DNA of 64,000 nt from an uncultured delta proteobacterium (GTDB taxonomy: Bacteria > Desulfobacterota > DSM-4660 > Desulfatiglandales > HGW-15), in NCBI GenBank assembly GCA_963776085.1, contig CAVZMS010000079.1, forward strand, positions 14,508-78,507. Reading direction: 5' to 3'. The notes below the pieces were generated by a model that was not told the origin of the DNA, ran no database searches, and was given only the letters and a program-made list of their open reading frames with translations. Below, piece by piece: positions 37,084 to 48,130 of this stretch (its first letter is position 1; the number at the start of each line of letters is the position of its first letter). Made by a program: the position numbers and the translations under genes.

Positions 37084-38178
37084 TTATGGCCTATGATACT
37101 TATAATAGGCCGCGCATGTCCCTTCACTTGAGACCATGCACGGTCCAACAGGTTGGACAGGGGTGCAGACCTTTTTATACAAGGGACAATCAATGGGTGT
37201 CTTCAGGCCTATTATTATATCTCCGCACGCACAACCCTTCGGCTCTTCGGGTTCCGGCACATGAAATTCCAGCATCTTTTTAGCGTCAAATTCCTTAAAA
37301 TCTTCTTTTACCGTGAGACCACTTTCAGGTATTATGCCTATTCCCCTCCAGTTCAGCATCGGTCTTCTCAAAGACATCCCCTATTATTTTTTGAGCCTTT
37401 CTATTGCCTTCTGATGTGACAATTCTCTGATATCCGTTTAATAGCTCGGCCCTTCCTCCCTCTATCTGCTCGATTAGTGAATATATCACCTGGAGAATAT
37501 CCATGGGCTCAAACCCGGAGATCACCGATGGGACGCGGTACTTATTAAAAAAAGGCCGATAACCTTCGGTCCCGATGATCACCGAGACATGCCCCGGCAG
37601 GATAAATCCGTTTACCCTTATACCAGGCTTTTCCATAAGGGCGGTTAATGCGGGCGGTATAAGTTTGTGTGCCGAATAGACATAGAAATTTTTAAGGTTC
37701 ATATTACGCGCTGATATAACTGATGGCTGCTACGGTCGGCGCTGTGGTCTCGAAACCCACACCTGCAAAGACCACCTTTTTATGCGGATTATTCCTTCGC
37801 GATCCTTAATGCGTCAGTGGTGGAATAGACCATGCGTATATCACGCCCTTTCGCACGCTCCTTCTGAAGGGATGACCTGGTCCCCGGCACCCTTATCAGG
37901 TCTCCGAAGGTCGCCAGGATAACATTATCCATCCCTGCGATCTCGATAAATGAATCAATATCCAAAAGACTTGTGACACACACGGGACAGCCAGGGCCTG
38001 AAATAAGTGAGATCGTCTCTGGCAGCAATCCCCTGATGCCGCTCCTGAAGATCGAGACCGTGTGTGTGCCGCAGACCTCCATGAGGCAGACAGGTCTCTT
38101 ACTGATCCTCTTTATATTATCGGCGATTTTCCTGCAGATATCAGGCGCCCTGTAATCCTCTAAATATTTTATGGACAT
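37084..38178 (-). pseudogene. hypD: hydrogenase maturation protein HypD, three frameshifts
   Basis: Segments are 38178-37795 (MEVCGTHT, GPGCPVCV), 37795-37705 (FAGVGFETTAP), 37702-37350 and 37377-37084 (C-terminal CxxC..PxHVS-like region). Confidence 0.88.
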
Positions 38179-38197
38179 AGATTCTCCATCCGCGTGA

Positions 38198-40495
38198 TCA
38201 TCTCCGTGCTATTGCGGCGGCGACCATTGCCTGCCCGAGGCAGATACCTCCGTCATTGGTCGGGACAATCCTGTGGCTAAAGACCTGAAGGCCTCTGTCT
38301 TCAAGTGCCTTGGTCAAACCTGTAAGCAGGATGGAATTTTGAAATACCCCTCCGCTCATTACCACCCTTTTGATATCCCTTTCCCTGCTCACAATCTCAC
38401 ATATGTCGCTAAACAACCTGATCAAGCGTGCAATGGAATTTCGCGCTGATTTCGGAAGGCCTTATCCCCTTCAGGAAATCTTCAACTACACCCCGCACAA
38501 TAGGCCGGGGCATAATCCTGTAATATTCGCCTGACTCCCATTCATAGTTATAATGTGCCTCCGTGATCTGATCCGCCGCCATCTCCAGCTCCATTGCGGC
38601 CTGACCCTCAAAATAGACCCTGCTTCTTACTCCCGTAATGGCGGCGATCCCGTCAAATAACCGGCCAAGGCTGGATGTAAGGGGCGAATTTATGCCCTTG
38701 GAGATCATCTTAATTATGGTTTCCATGCTTTTTTTCACCTGTCTCTCTTATGACAGGAATACCGAGTTCCCGCAACCCTTCCCCATAGGCGTCATAAAGG
38801 TAACTGACTGCCATCCTCCATGGTTCCTTTATAGCGGCCGCTCCTCCCGGCATAGGCGTATATGACAGAGCAGCAGCCCTTGAAAAGCCTTTCTCATCCG
38901 CAACAAGCACTTCCCCTCCCCAGATTGTACCGTCCAGTCCGTAACCTGTCCCGTCAAAGGAGAGCCCGATAACATCACCTTGCAGACTATTTTCCGCCAT
39001 ACAACTCACAATATGCGCATGGTGATGCTGGACCTGTATCTTTTTGATATCTGCCTGTTCTTCCGCATAGCGCGTGCTCAGATAATCCGGATGAAGGTCA
39101 TAGGCTATTATCTCAGGGTCTATGCGGAGTATCTGTTTCAAATGCCTGATTGTCATTTGAAAGAACTCGTAAGAAGCGAGGTTTTCCAGATCCCCGATGT
39201 GCTGGCTTAGATAGGCCTTATCCCCCTTTGCTAAGACAGACCGTATTTTTTAATTCCGCGCCGCAGGCAAGGACCGGCGGGAGATCGGCCTTTAAGAATA
39301 CAGGCATTGGCACATATCCCCTTGAACGGCGTATAACCCTTGTGGCACCTGCAGTCCGCCTTATTATGGAGTCGTCGCTTCGCAGATAGATATCCCTGTT
39401 ATGTATCAAAAAGAGATCCGCAATATTTGAAAGACGGTCAAAGGCCTCGTCGTTGTCAATGGCAATAGGCTCGTCGCTTATGTTTCCGCTTGTCATGACA
39501 AGGGCAATGAAATCATACTGCAACAGAAGGTAATGCAGCGGCGTGTAAGGCAGCATGACCCCGAAATATCTGTTCCGCGGGGCTACGTTCTCCGCGATAC
39601 GATTTGGGCGCTTTTTTCTCAGCAAGACAATGGGGCGCTGAACGGATATGAGCAGTTCCTCTTCCGCGGGATCCACATAGGCATATTTACGTATATTTTC
39701 CACATCATAGGACATTATGGCAAACGGCTTCTCTTCACGTTGTTTCCTTTCCCTGAGCAGTGCAACCGCCTCTCCATTCTCTGCATCCGCAACAAGGTGA
39801 AACCCTCCCAGACCCTTAATAGCCAAGATTTTGCCCTTTTTCACGAGTTCGATGGCCTGCCTTATGGGATCTATTGTCTCTATAGAATTTCGACGATTAT
39901 CATATAATCTGACTTGTGGACCGCACTCCCGGCAGGCATTTGGCTGGGCGTGGAACCTCCTGTTTCCCGGATCATCATATTCAGCCTGACATCTGGCGCA
40001 CATGTAAAACTTTGCCATAGAGGTGTAGGGCCGGTCATAGGGGATATTATTAATTATTGTATAACGAGGTCCGCAGTTGGTACAGTTGATGAAAGGATAT
40101 CTGTATCGGCGATCTTCAGGATCCAGCATCTCCCTGAGGCAATCTTTGCAGATTGAGATATCAGGGGATATAAGGGTGGAAAAGGCATCTCGGTTTATGC
40201 TCTTTGCAATGGCGAATTCCTTGAAATTCCTGACAGGTGCGGATTTGGATAAGATCTCCGTTATATATGCCAGCGGCGGGCGTTTTTCATGAAGGTCCCT
40301 GGAAAAGGAGTCAATATCCCCTTTAATGCCTTCAACATGCAATGAAACGCCTGTGGTCGTGTTGGATATCTTCCCCTTCAGGCCGTAATGAAGCGCAAGC
40401 CTGTAGACAAACGGACGAAACCCTATTCCCTGAACAACACCCTTTATCGTAAAACTGCGCGCAACGAAATCCTTTTTCATGGCCTCGTCCATCAC
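38198..40495 (-). pseudogene. hypF: carbamoyltransferase HypF, three frameshifts
   Basis: Acylphosphatase domain, two zinc fingers (CKDC..CTNCGPRY; CARCQAEY..CRECGP), YrdC-like and Kae1-like parts, spread over ORFs 40495-39218, 39156-38710, 38738-38409 and 38425-38198. Confidence 0.9.
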
Positions 40496-40732
40496 ATTGT
40501 CTCATCCCCATCATATCCTAAGGAAGCCATTTCTCTAAGGATTTTCAAGGACTCATTCGCCTCCGCCTCATCAATCTTCTGAATGGCAAAACCGGCATGG
40601 ACAATAACATAATCGCCTATCCTGGGGTTTTCAATAAGAAGCAGGCTTACCTCTTTCTGAACCCCTTCCACATCAATGACGCCCGATATTATCCTGTATC
40701 TTTACTATCTTTGACGGGATAGCAAGGCACAT
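40492..40732 (-). pseudogene. hypC: hydrogenase assembly chaperone HypC, one frameshift
   Basis: MCLAIPSKIVKIQDNI then, after a shift near 40680, GVIDVEGVQKEVSLLLIENPRIGDYVIVHAGFAIQKIDEAEA. The stop overlaps the hypF start. Not listed in the ORF track because both pieces are short. Confidence 0.8.
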
Positions 40733-40975
40733 GATCATCCGCTCCATTAGTATATTTTGGGTCTTCTGATAAGCTGTTTGAATCCGAGGGGATACGGTGA
40801 CCACCTCCGGATATTACAGCGGTTTAGTAATCTATCAAGGGCATGGAATCAAGTCAATGCTGCTAACAAATATATGCTGCTTTCCATAATAAGCATTGTG
40901 AAGGCCGAAATTAAGTCTCGGCATTTCGGGCAACTAGTCCATTGAGACTTGAATCTTACTCATATTCACCGATGT

Positions 40976-41258
40976 CCGGTTAGAATTTTGCATGATAAAT
41001 TTACTGTATATATGTCCGGCAGGGATCTCTTTTCAGAGGCGAAAATTTTATAAGCAAGGAATCAGCATAAGGATGTCGTCAGGCGGGCGGCGAAGTTCCG
41101 AGTAGATAGCCGGTCCTCCTTCCTGGTTAATTTGGCTGGAAGCCCTCCGCCCGCCTTGCTACGAGTTATGCAAAATACCGGGCACTGTACGATTTCGCCT
41201 TCGAAAAGAGATCCCTGCCGGACATCGGATCAATATTAGTATGCAAAATCCTAACCGG
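40976..41258 (-). repeat. LHR family copy 5 (full, perfect outer stem, with outer inverted repeat)
   Basis: Core is 41012-41225: ATGTCCGGCAGGGATCTC...GAGATCCCTGCCGGACAT. Outer IR is CCGGTTAGAATTTTGCAT / ATGCAAAATCCTAACCGG. Confidence 0.88.
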
Positions 41259-41480
41259 ATATCGCGAATCATATTTTAACCTAATGGCTATTTTTCTCCG
41301 TCTTATGAAATTTCAAATTCCCTTTTTTATTGACCATCTTTTCTTATAAATGGTATTAAGATTACAGCTTTATTGCCAAATTCCAATGCGCTCCACCAAG
41401 TCATAATTCTTACTTTAAATTGTCTGGCAACCAGATTGTTTGAGGATTATAAATCCATGATTCAATAAGGAGGCATCACT

Positions 41481-42101
41481 ATGAATATCCAAGTTGGTGC
41501 GGAGTTAATGGTCAGCCTAAAGGGCCACGAAACATCGTTCACGACCTTTTTCGTGGGAGAGAAAAAAAACGAACACATTGTCCTGGTTTTTCCAAAACAA
41601 CTATCCTTGCATAGAAAGGATCTGGACAGATTGGGTGAGGTTAGAGTGGAATACTCGGAGGGTGGGATTAGAAATGAATTCAAGACCCGAATACGTGAAA
41701 TCCTTGAAGAACCCACAGATCTCATTCTGCTGGAATACCCGACTGAAATACATCGTATCGAGAAACGGTCTCTAAATAGGATAAACTGCCTGGTTTCGGC
41801 TAAACTGGAAATAAAATTTGACAATAAAAGCCAATCGGTTGTTGGAGCCATTGAAAATATAAGCAAAACAGGATGCCTTTGCATTGTCAAAAAAATCGAA
41901 GGAGTGAAAGAACCCTTCTCCTTGGGTGATCTGATAAGCCTGAGATGTCAATTTCCTGGGCTTGTAGGAGAACAGATTGCCAATGGGGAAATCGTTCACA
42001 TTCAAGAAAAGCAAGGAGATATAGTTACGGGAATTCACTTTGATAAAAAATTATGGTGGATCCCTCCTTATGACTCAGAAGAGGAAGCTCCATCCATATG
42101 A
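41481..42101 (+). CDS. PilZ domain protein (c-di-GMP receptor candidate)
   Basis: 206 aa with RSLNR (RxxxR) and NISKTG (D/NxSxxG) motifs at the spacing expected for PilZ. First gene of the plus-strand pilus operon. Confidence 0.7.
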   Translation: MNIQVGAELMVSLKGHETSFTTFFVGEKKNEHIVLVFPKQLSLHRKDLDRLGEVRVEYSEGGIRNEFKTRIREILEEPTDLILLEYPTEIHRIEKRSLNRINCLVSAKLEIKFDNKSQSVVGAIENISKTGCLCIVKKIEGVKEPFSLGDLISLRCQFPGLVGEQIANGEIVHIQEKQGDIVTGIHFDKKLWWIPPYDSEEEAPSI

Positions 42102-42168
42102 AAATAACACCCTATTAAAACAGGATTGTGAACTACGAATTTATTATTTTAATAACATAGAGGGTTGG

Positions 42169-43827
42169 ATGAATACTTTTTTAGCAAAAGAAAAATGGCG
42201 ATCTAATTCCACTGACCAAGTTAGAGATCTTGCTAAAGAGCCCTCACCCTCCAGGATTTATCTCGATTTTTATAATCTACGCGAATCGCCATTTTCCATT
42301 ACTCCTGACCCGGAATTCCTTTATATGTCATCAAGTCACAAGGCTGTCCTTGAAAAGATATCATACGGCATTCAAGTGCGGATGGGTTTCTTGCTTTTAA
42401 TCGGTGAAGTTGGCACGGGCAAAACCACCTTGTGCCGTATGATCCTTGATGAATTGAAGGAAAAGGCAGAGACAGTATATATTATCAATCCTTCTCTTTC
42501 CGGTATGGACCTCATTCAAAGCATCCTCGACGACCTGGGAATCGGCTATCCTGCCGATGCCTCAAAAAAAGATTTATTGGATCACCTGAACCGCTTCCTG
42601 CTTACAGCCTCAAAGGAAAAACCCGTTGTTATAATTATTGATGACGCACAAACCATGACACTGGAAGGACTGGAGGCTCTGCGACTCTTATCCAACCTGG
42701 AGACCGACAAAGAAAAGCTCCTTCAACTGGTTCTTGCGGGCCAGCAGGAGTTACTTGATATTTTATCAAAACCTGAGATAAGGCAGTTGCAGCAACGCAT
42801 AGCCATCAGATGCCAATTGGAGATGCTTGAAAAGACGGAGATTCAGGGGTATATATCGCACCGCCTTTTTGTGGCCGGAGACAAGGGGAATATCAGGTTC
42901 TCTGCGGGAGCAATAAACAAAATCTATAAAGCATCCCTGGGCATACCAAGACTTATCAATAAAATATGCGATTACGCGCTCATCGCAGGCTATGTCTCCA
43001 ATAGCCTTGAAATAAAAAAAACTCACATTGAACAGGCCCTCGATGAATTAAAAAACAATCTACAAAAGGGAGAGCATAAATCTCCCTTCACCTTTTCTTT
43101 ATCTTTTAATAAAAGAATTTGGTTGGAACTTGCCCTATTAGGAATAGGCATCCTATTGCTTCTCGGATCTTTCCGCTTTAAGAATGCTGTTAATACAGAC
43201 AGTTCTAAGCCCAATCAGGTGGAAAACATTTCGCCGTCTCCATCTTCCATCCCACAGGAATCCGTCAAGGACGGATCATTGCAAGGGATAGATAATGTCA
43301 TATCTAACGTTACTGAAAAATCCTTCACGGTTTCAGAAAATGATGCGGAACAGGAGCAAGCACCAATCGCTGAGACCATGGAAAACCCTTGCAGCTTTAT
43401 CCTCCAGCTGGCATCCTTTAAAACCCTTAGAGACACTTTAAGAGCGGTTTCCATATATAAGGAAAAAAATATTGACGTACACTGGAATGCCATAGATCTT
43501 GGGGAACAGGATTTATGGTACAGGCTTTACACCGGAAGATTCCATACAAAAGAAGCGGCTGAAGAATTTAAGAGCGGGAAAGGGCTTTCCGAAGGGATCA
43601 TTCTTTACGCCCCTTGGACGATCCAGGCGGCGGTTTCAAATAACAAAACAGATCTGATAAGCAAATGCTCCGAATTGAAAAGTATGGGATTTGATTGTGT
43701 CCTTACAGGAGATGAGGCTTCAGGGTATAAGATTACAAACGGCGCCTTTAAAACCTCGGAAGGCGCAATGAAGATGGCAGGTGAACTAATTAAAAATGGA
43801 TTTGATGCAAAAATAATTTTTGAATAG
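42169..43827 (+). CDS. ExeA/MshM-like AAA ATPase fused to C-terminal SPOR-like repeats
   Basis: Walker A GEVGTGKTT, Walker B VVIIIDDAQ, a TM segment (LELALLGIGILLLLGSF), then two SPOR-like units (FILQLASFK..; WTIQAAVS..). The start is uncertain (42070 or 42169). Confidence 0.7.
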   Translation: MNTFLAKEKWRSNSTDQVRDLAKEPSPSRIYLDFYNLRESPFSITPDPEFLYMSSSHKAVLEKISYGIQVRMGFLLLIGEVGTGKTTLCRMILDELKEKAETVYIINPSLSGMDLIQSILDDLGIGYPADASKKDLLDHLNRFLLTASKEKPVVIIIDDAQTMTLEGLEALRLLSNLETDKEKLLQLVLAGQQELLDILSKPEIRQLQQRIAIRCQLEMLEKTEIQGYISHRLFVAGDKGNIRFSAGAINKIYKASLGIPRLINKICDYALIAGYVSNSLEIKKTHIEQALDELKNNLQKGEHKSPFTFSLSFNKRIWLELALLGIGILLLLGSFRFKNAVNTDSSKPNQVENISPSPSSIPQESVKDGSLQGIDNVISNVTEKSFTVSENDAEQEQAPIAETMENPCSFILQLASFKTLRDTLRAVSIYKEKNIDVHWNAIDLGEQDLWYRLYTGRFHTKEAAEEFKSGKGLSEGIILYAPWTIQAAVSNNKTDLISKCSELKSMGFDCVLTGDEASGYKITNGAFKTSEGAMKMAGELIKNGFDAKIIFE

Positions 43828-43903
43828 ATTTTTCCGCTGCATCAAACCGATAAAATGTTCTTAATATTATAACTCCGGAAAGTATTATAAGAGTGAATTC
43901 AGC

Positions 43904-45103
43904 ATGAGCCTCCTTAATGAAGCACTTAGAAAAAGCAAGTCAAAAGACCCATTCAAGGTTTCACCTGACTTCTCGCCTAAAAAGTCTTTTAAACCTAAAA
44001 AGGCGCTTCTTATTGGGGCATCTGTCGTTTTGGTGGCGGCAATCGGGCTTCTGTCTTCAATGTGGATACATAAGACAAATGTCTCAGATGAACCATTAGC
44101 CGTTCCCGCGACTCAAGAGGTCGACCAAAAGATGCCGCTTATCACAAAAGATGCGACCGGGTCTCCTTTGATGGAAACAAGTGCGGCTGAAAATAATACG
44201 CTGCCGTATAAACCGGAAAAAATACCAATCACGGCATTTGAAAAAGAAACCGCGGCCTCTCCTGCAAAGGATGCATCTATAGGGCATGCGACAGACAAGG
44301 TGACTGATAATAATCAAAAATCGATGGGGAAAAGCGTTGCCGTCAAAAAAGGCATGAGTGTTGAAGCTTCAGCGACAGTATCTAAAAAAGGAACCACTAC
44401 GCCTCTTGTAAAGGACGCTCCAAAAGCAAATGTGATAGACAAGGTTTCCGACAAAAAGGATGCATCATCGCCAAAGCCTGCTGCTTCCGAAGAAGGCATA
44501 GTTGCTGAAAATAAATTTTATCAGAAAGCCTTACAATTACACAGGGATGGTCGGTTTGTTGAAGCAATCAGCATGTATCAGGAGGTGTTAAAATATGCCC
44601 CGGATCATCCTGACGCGCTTTATAACCTCTCTTCCGCTTATATGGAGTTATCTGATTTTTCAGCCGCCTATGATATTTTAAACAAGCTTCTTGTCTCAAA
44701 TCCAACGGACCCGGAGATATTATTAAACCTCGCCATTGCTGAAACAGGCTTAGGAAGGGTCATGAATGCGATAGATCATTTAAATAGTATCCATGCTGTG
44801 GATGAGGAGTTGCAATTCAGCCGATTTTATCACCTGGGTGTGGCAATGAGCCGAATCGGGAAGCCTGAAGATGCCCTCATATATTATAAAAAGGCCGGGG
44901 AGATCAAAGAGGATTACCCTAAATTACTTTATAACATGGCAATCTTAAACGACAGGCTCGGAAGATATGCAGAAGCTGTGGATTATTATTCAAGGCTTTT
45001 GGCAAACGGATCGTCGCCGGCTGATGAAACAGAAAACGTGAAGCGCAGGCTTAGGATCCTCCAGACTTATATTTCCGGAACAGAGTTTGATAAAAAGCCC
45101 TGA
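43904..45103 (+). CDS. TPR-repeat protein (MshN-like position)
   Basis: 399 aa with an N-terminal TM segment, a low-complexity linker, and C-terminal TPR units (YQKALQLHRDGRFVEAISMYQEVL.., ALYNLSSAYMEL..). Confidence 0.65.
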   Translation: MSLLNEALRKSKSKDPFKVSPDFSPKKSFKPKKALLIGASVVLVAAIGLLSSMWIHKTNVSDEPLAVPATQEVDQKMPLITKDATGSPLMETSAAENNTLPYKPEKIPITAFEKETAASPAKDASIGHATDKVTDNNQKSMGKSVAVKKGMSVEASATVSKKGTTTPLVKDAPKANVIDKVSDKKDASSPKPAASEEGIVAENKFYQKALQLHRDGRFVEAISMYQEVLKYAPDHPDALYNLSSAYMELSDFSAAYDILNKLLVSNPTDPEILLNLAIAETGLGRVMNAIDHLNSIHAVDEELQFSRFYHLGVAMSRIGKPEDALIYYKKAGEIKEDYPKLLYNMAILNDRLGRYAEAVDYYSRLLANGSSPADETENVKRRLRILQTYISGTEFDKKP

Positions 45104-45129
45104 AGTTAAATATTCAAGAGGTAAAGAGG

Positions 45130-46779
45130 ATGAAAAAACGTATTGGTGAGATTCTTATTGAACTTGGATTTATTGATGAGAGCCAGTTGAAAATGGCCCT
45201 TGACGAAAAAAACAAGACGGGACTACTCGTTGGCGATGTGCTCCTGCGATTGGATTGGGTAACTGAAGAACAACTTCAAACGGCTCTCGCCATCCAAAGC
45301 GGGGCTAAGATACTGGATATAAAATCCATAAAAATCGATCAATCAGTAACGTGCGAGATTCCTTTAGATTTTGCAATCAACAACGGGATCTTCCCCCTTG
45401 AAAGACAAAACGACTTCCTAAGAATCGCTACTTCCAATCCCTTTGATGTTATTATCAGAGATGAACTGGCAAGGATGACCGGATCAAGGATAGAGACCTG
45501 CATCGCACCGAAAGAGTGGATTTCAAATGCCATTGATCTTTATTATAAGGTCGCTCTTACTATCGATGACAATATCGAAAAGATTACACGAACCGAACTC
45601 GACAAAGAAAATATTGATACAAATCATATTCTAAGACTCGCGGATCTCTTGATTGATAAAGGCTCAGTGCTTGAAGCGAGCGATATTCATGTCGTCGCCG
45701 ACACAAATCTTACGCGTATTTACTACCGGGTCGATGGAGTCCTGCAGCAGAGCTATCTCTTCCATAAAAGCTTCCATAAGAGTCTCGTACAGCGGTTTAA
45801 AATCATGGGTGACATGGATATCTCCAATTCGAATATCCCTCTTGACGGGCGCATCCAATATAACGGCCAGGTCGGTGAAATCGATATCAGGGTCTCCACT
45901 TTTCCGACGCAGTTCGGGGAGACCGTAGTTATGCGTCTCTTAAAATACAGCAAGGTTGTAGGGAATCTGGATCGCCTCGGTTTCGAAGAAAAAGATCTTG
46001 AAAGGTTCACTAAGGCTATCCGAAGGCCTTATGGTCTCATACTGGCCACCGGACCAACCGGTTCCGGAAAAACCTCAACACTTTATTCGGCATTAATGAC
46101 TATTCTTACTCCTGATATTAATGTGATGACCATAGAAGATCCTATTGAATATGTCATTCCAACCATCCGCCAGACCGCTGTAAATCCTAAGGCCGGGCTG
46201 ACCTTTGCAACAGCTCTGCGATCAGCCATGCGTCAGGATCCCGATGTTATTCTTGTAGGAGAAATAAGAGACCAGGAAACCACGGAACTTGCCCTAAGGG
46301 CATCTATAACAGGCCACCTTGTTCTATCTACATTGCATACCAATGATTCGGCCTCAGCCATTACCCGCCTGATGGACCTTGGCGCCAAACCGAATATTCT
46401 TGCCTCAGCCATCACTATGGTTGTCGCACAAAGACTCCTCCGAAAGGTTTGCCCGAAGTGTTTAAAAATAACCCCGATAGAGGCTAAAGAAGCCGAAATT
46501 TTTCTTAAACACGACATAGAATCCCCGCAGCATTTAGCGAGACATACCGGGTGCGAAAGTTGTCATAATACAGGCTACACAGGGCGAATCGGGATCTTTG
46601 AAACGCTCTCTGTCGACCGGGGCGTTGAAGAACTTATCTCAAGCGGGGCGCCTCTCAGGGCTATCGAGGAAAAGGCGATAAACTCAGGAACCGTGCTAAT
46701 GCTCAAACAGGCATTAAGCAAAGTATCAAATCATATTACAACACTTGAAGAGGTTTTAAGAGTAATAGCAGATGCCTAG
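45130..46779 (+). CDS. type IV pilus / T2SS assembly ATPase (GspE/PilB/MshE family) with MshEN-like N-terminus
   Basis: 549 aa with Walker A GPTGSGKTS, Asp/His boxes and a tetracysteine CPKC..CESC. The N-terminus (RIGEILIELGFIDESQLKMAL / LVGDVLLRLDWVTEEQLQTALAIQ) resembles the tandem MshEN c-di-GMP motif. Confidence 0.88.
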   Translation: MKKRIGEILIELGFIDESQLKMALDEKNKTGLLVGDVLLRLDWVTEEQLQTALAIQSGAKILDIKSIKIDQSVTCEIPLDFAINNGIFPLERQNDFLRIATSNPFDVIIRDELARMTGSRIETCIAPKEWISNAIDLYYKVALTIDDNIEKITRTELDKENIDTNHILRLADLLIDKGSVLEASDIHVVADTNLTRIYYRVDGVLQQSYLFHKSFHKSLVQRFKIMGDMDISNSNIPLDGRIQYNGQVGEIDIRVSTFPTQFGETVVMRLLKYSKVVGNLDRLGFEEKDLERFTKAIRRPYGLILATGPTGSGKTSTLYSALMTILTPDINVMTIEDPIEYVIPTIRQTAVNPKAGLTFATALRSAMRQDPDVILVGEIRDQETTELALRASITGHLVLSTLHTNDSASAITRLMDLGAKPNILASAITMVVAQRLLRKVCPKCLKITPIEAKEAEIFLKHDIESPQHLARHTGCESCHNTGYTGRIGIFETLSVDRGVEELISSGAPLRAIEEKAINSGTVLMLKQALSKVSNHITTLEEVLRVIADA

Positions 46780-47989
46780 ATACCTTTATAAGGCCGTCAA
46801 TGAAAAAGGCGATATCTTTAAAGGCTCCATAACCGCCTTTGATGAAAAGGATGTTGAACAACGCCTTCAAGATAAGGGGCTTACTTTTATATCCGGCAAA
46901 TTAAGCAGGGAGAGCCGTTTGCCCGGATTAATTAGTGGTACGAATGTAAAACCCAGGATGGTTATGGAATTCTATTACAGGTTAGCCCAGGCATCGAACC
47001 TTGGGCTGCCTATCCTGTCTTCTCTTGATGATGACTCAATGCTAATTCCCTCCAAACCGTTAAAAAAGATTATCCAGGAAATAAAAGTCGCCCTGGAAAG
47101 CGGGAAGACATTCTTTGAAGCTATGTCCCGCTTCCCGAAAGTATTCGAGAAGCTGGACCTGAGTATTATCAGGATGGGTGAAGAGACAGGGAAATTGCCG
47201 AAATGTCTAAATGACCTGGCAACCTTTTTGGAATGGAAGGAAGAAACAAGATCAGCGATTAAAAGGGCGACTATCTATCCATTGTTCACAATGCTTATAA
47301 TACTTGCGGTCATCGGAGTCTGGGTTGGCTATGTCCTGCCGCAGATGGCCTCCGTATTAACCGAGATGGACATATCTCTTCCTAAGGTTACTAAAGTCAT
47401 ACTGGCCGTAAGTCTCTTTTTGCAGACCTATTGGGGTTATATCCTTGGGCTGGTCTTTCTTGTATTTGTATCTCTGTTTCTTTTTCGAAAGACCCGTCGT
47501 GGAGGGATCATCTTCCACGAATATTTATTAAAACTTCCAATCTTAGGCGACGTAATGGCAAATGTCGCCTATGCGCGGCTCAGCCACCATTTTGCCACCA
47601 TGCATGAAGCCGGCATGAATATAAAAGGCATCTTTGATATCCTCCAGGACAATGCCCTGGGGAACCGTTACCTGGAAGACAGGCTAAAATTGGCCTATGG
47701 TCTTATCCAACAAGGGAAACCTATCGCTGAAAGCTTTGAGAGTGCCGGAGGGTTCCCATCCCTTCTCCTCGGGGCCATTAAAAACGGGGAAAAAACAGGC
47801 ACCCTGAGTTCCTCATTTAACAGACTTGGAGACTATTATGACAGGGAAGTAAAACGCTCAGTCCAGGTGATGGTAAATTCCTTTGAACCTTTAACCATTG
47901 TTATTTTAGGCGGTGTTTTCGGACTTATTATATTATCTATCATGCTGCCCCTGTATGATGTGGTCGGACAGGTTGCAAAGGCATATTGA
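46772..47989 (+). CDS. type IV pilus / T2SS platform protein (GspF/PilC/MshG family)
   Basis: 405 aa with a duplicated GspF domain and three TM segments. It overlaps the ATPase gene by 8 nt. Confidence 0.88.
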   Translation: MPRYLYKAVNEKGDIFKGSITAFDEKDVEQRLQDKGLTFISGKLSRESRLPGLISGTNVKPRMVMEFYYRLAQASNLGLPILSSLDDDSMLIPSKPLKKIIQEIKVALESGKTFFEAMSRFPKVFEKLDLSIIRMGEETGKLPKCLNDLATFLEWKEETRSAIKRATIYPLFTMLIILAVIGVWVGYVLPQMASVLTEMDISLPKVTKVILAVSLFLQTYWGYILGLVFLVFVSLFLFRKTRRGGIIFHEYLLKLPILGDVMANVAYARLSHHFATMHEAGMNIKGIFDILQDNALGNRYLEDRLKLAYGLIQQGKPIAESFESAGGFPSLLLGAIKNGEKTGTLSSSFNRLGDYYDREVKRSVQVMVNSFEPLTIVILGGVFGLIILSIMLPLYDVVGQVAKAY

Positions 47990-48130
47990 TTCTGCCTGAT
48001 CCCGACGTAAATTAACCTACCCGGTCATGTCGGCATCAAAAAGTCTACCCTTTCATAACTCTCCGAGAGGGGGATGGATCAGCAGATGAAGCCCCTTTCG
48101 GCGGAGGACCCTTGGTTCTAACTTCTACTT

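Noticed and set aside
40757-40945. 62-aa ORF between hypC and LHR copy 5
   Set aside because: It has no SD and no similarity pattern. The region more likely contains the hyp operon promoter and leader.
41425-41439. Sigma54-like motif TGGCAACCAGATTGT upstream of the PilZ gene
   Set aside because: The -12 element reads TTGT rather than the essentially invariant TTGC. A sigma70-like TTGACC-18-TATTAA further upstream is at least as plausible. Not reported as a feature.
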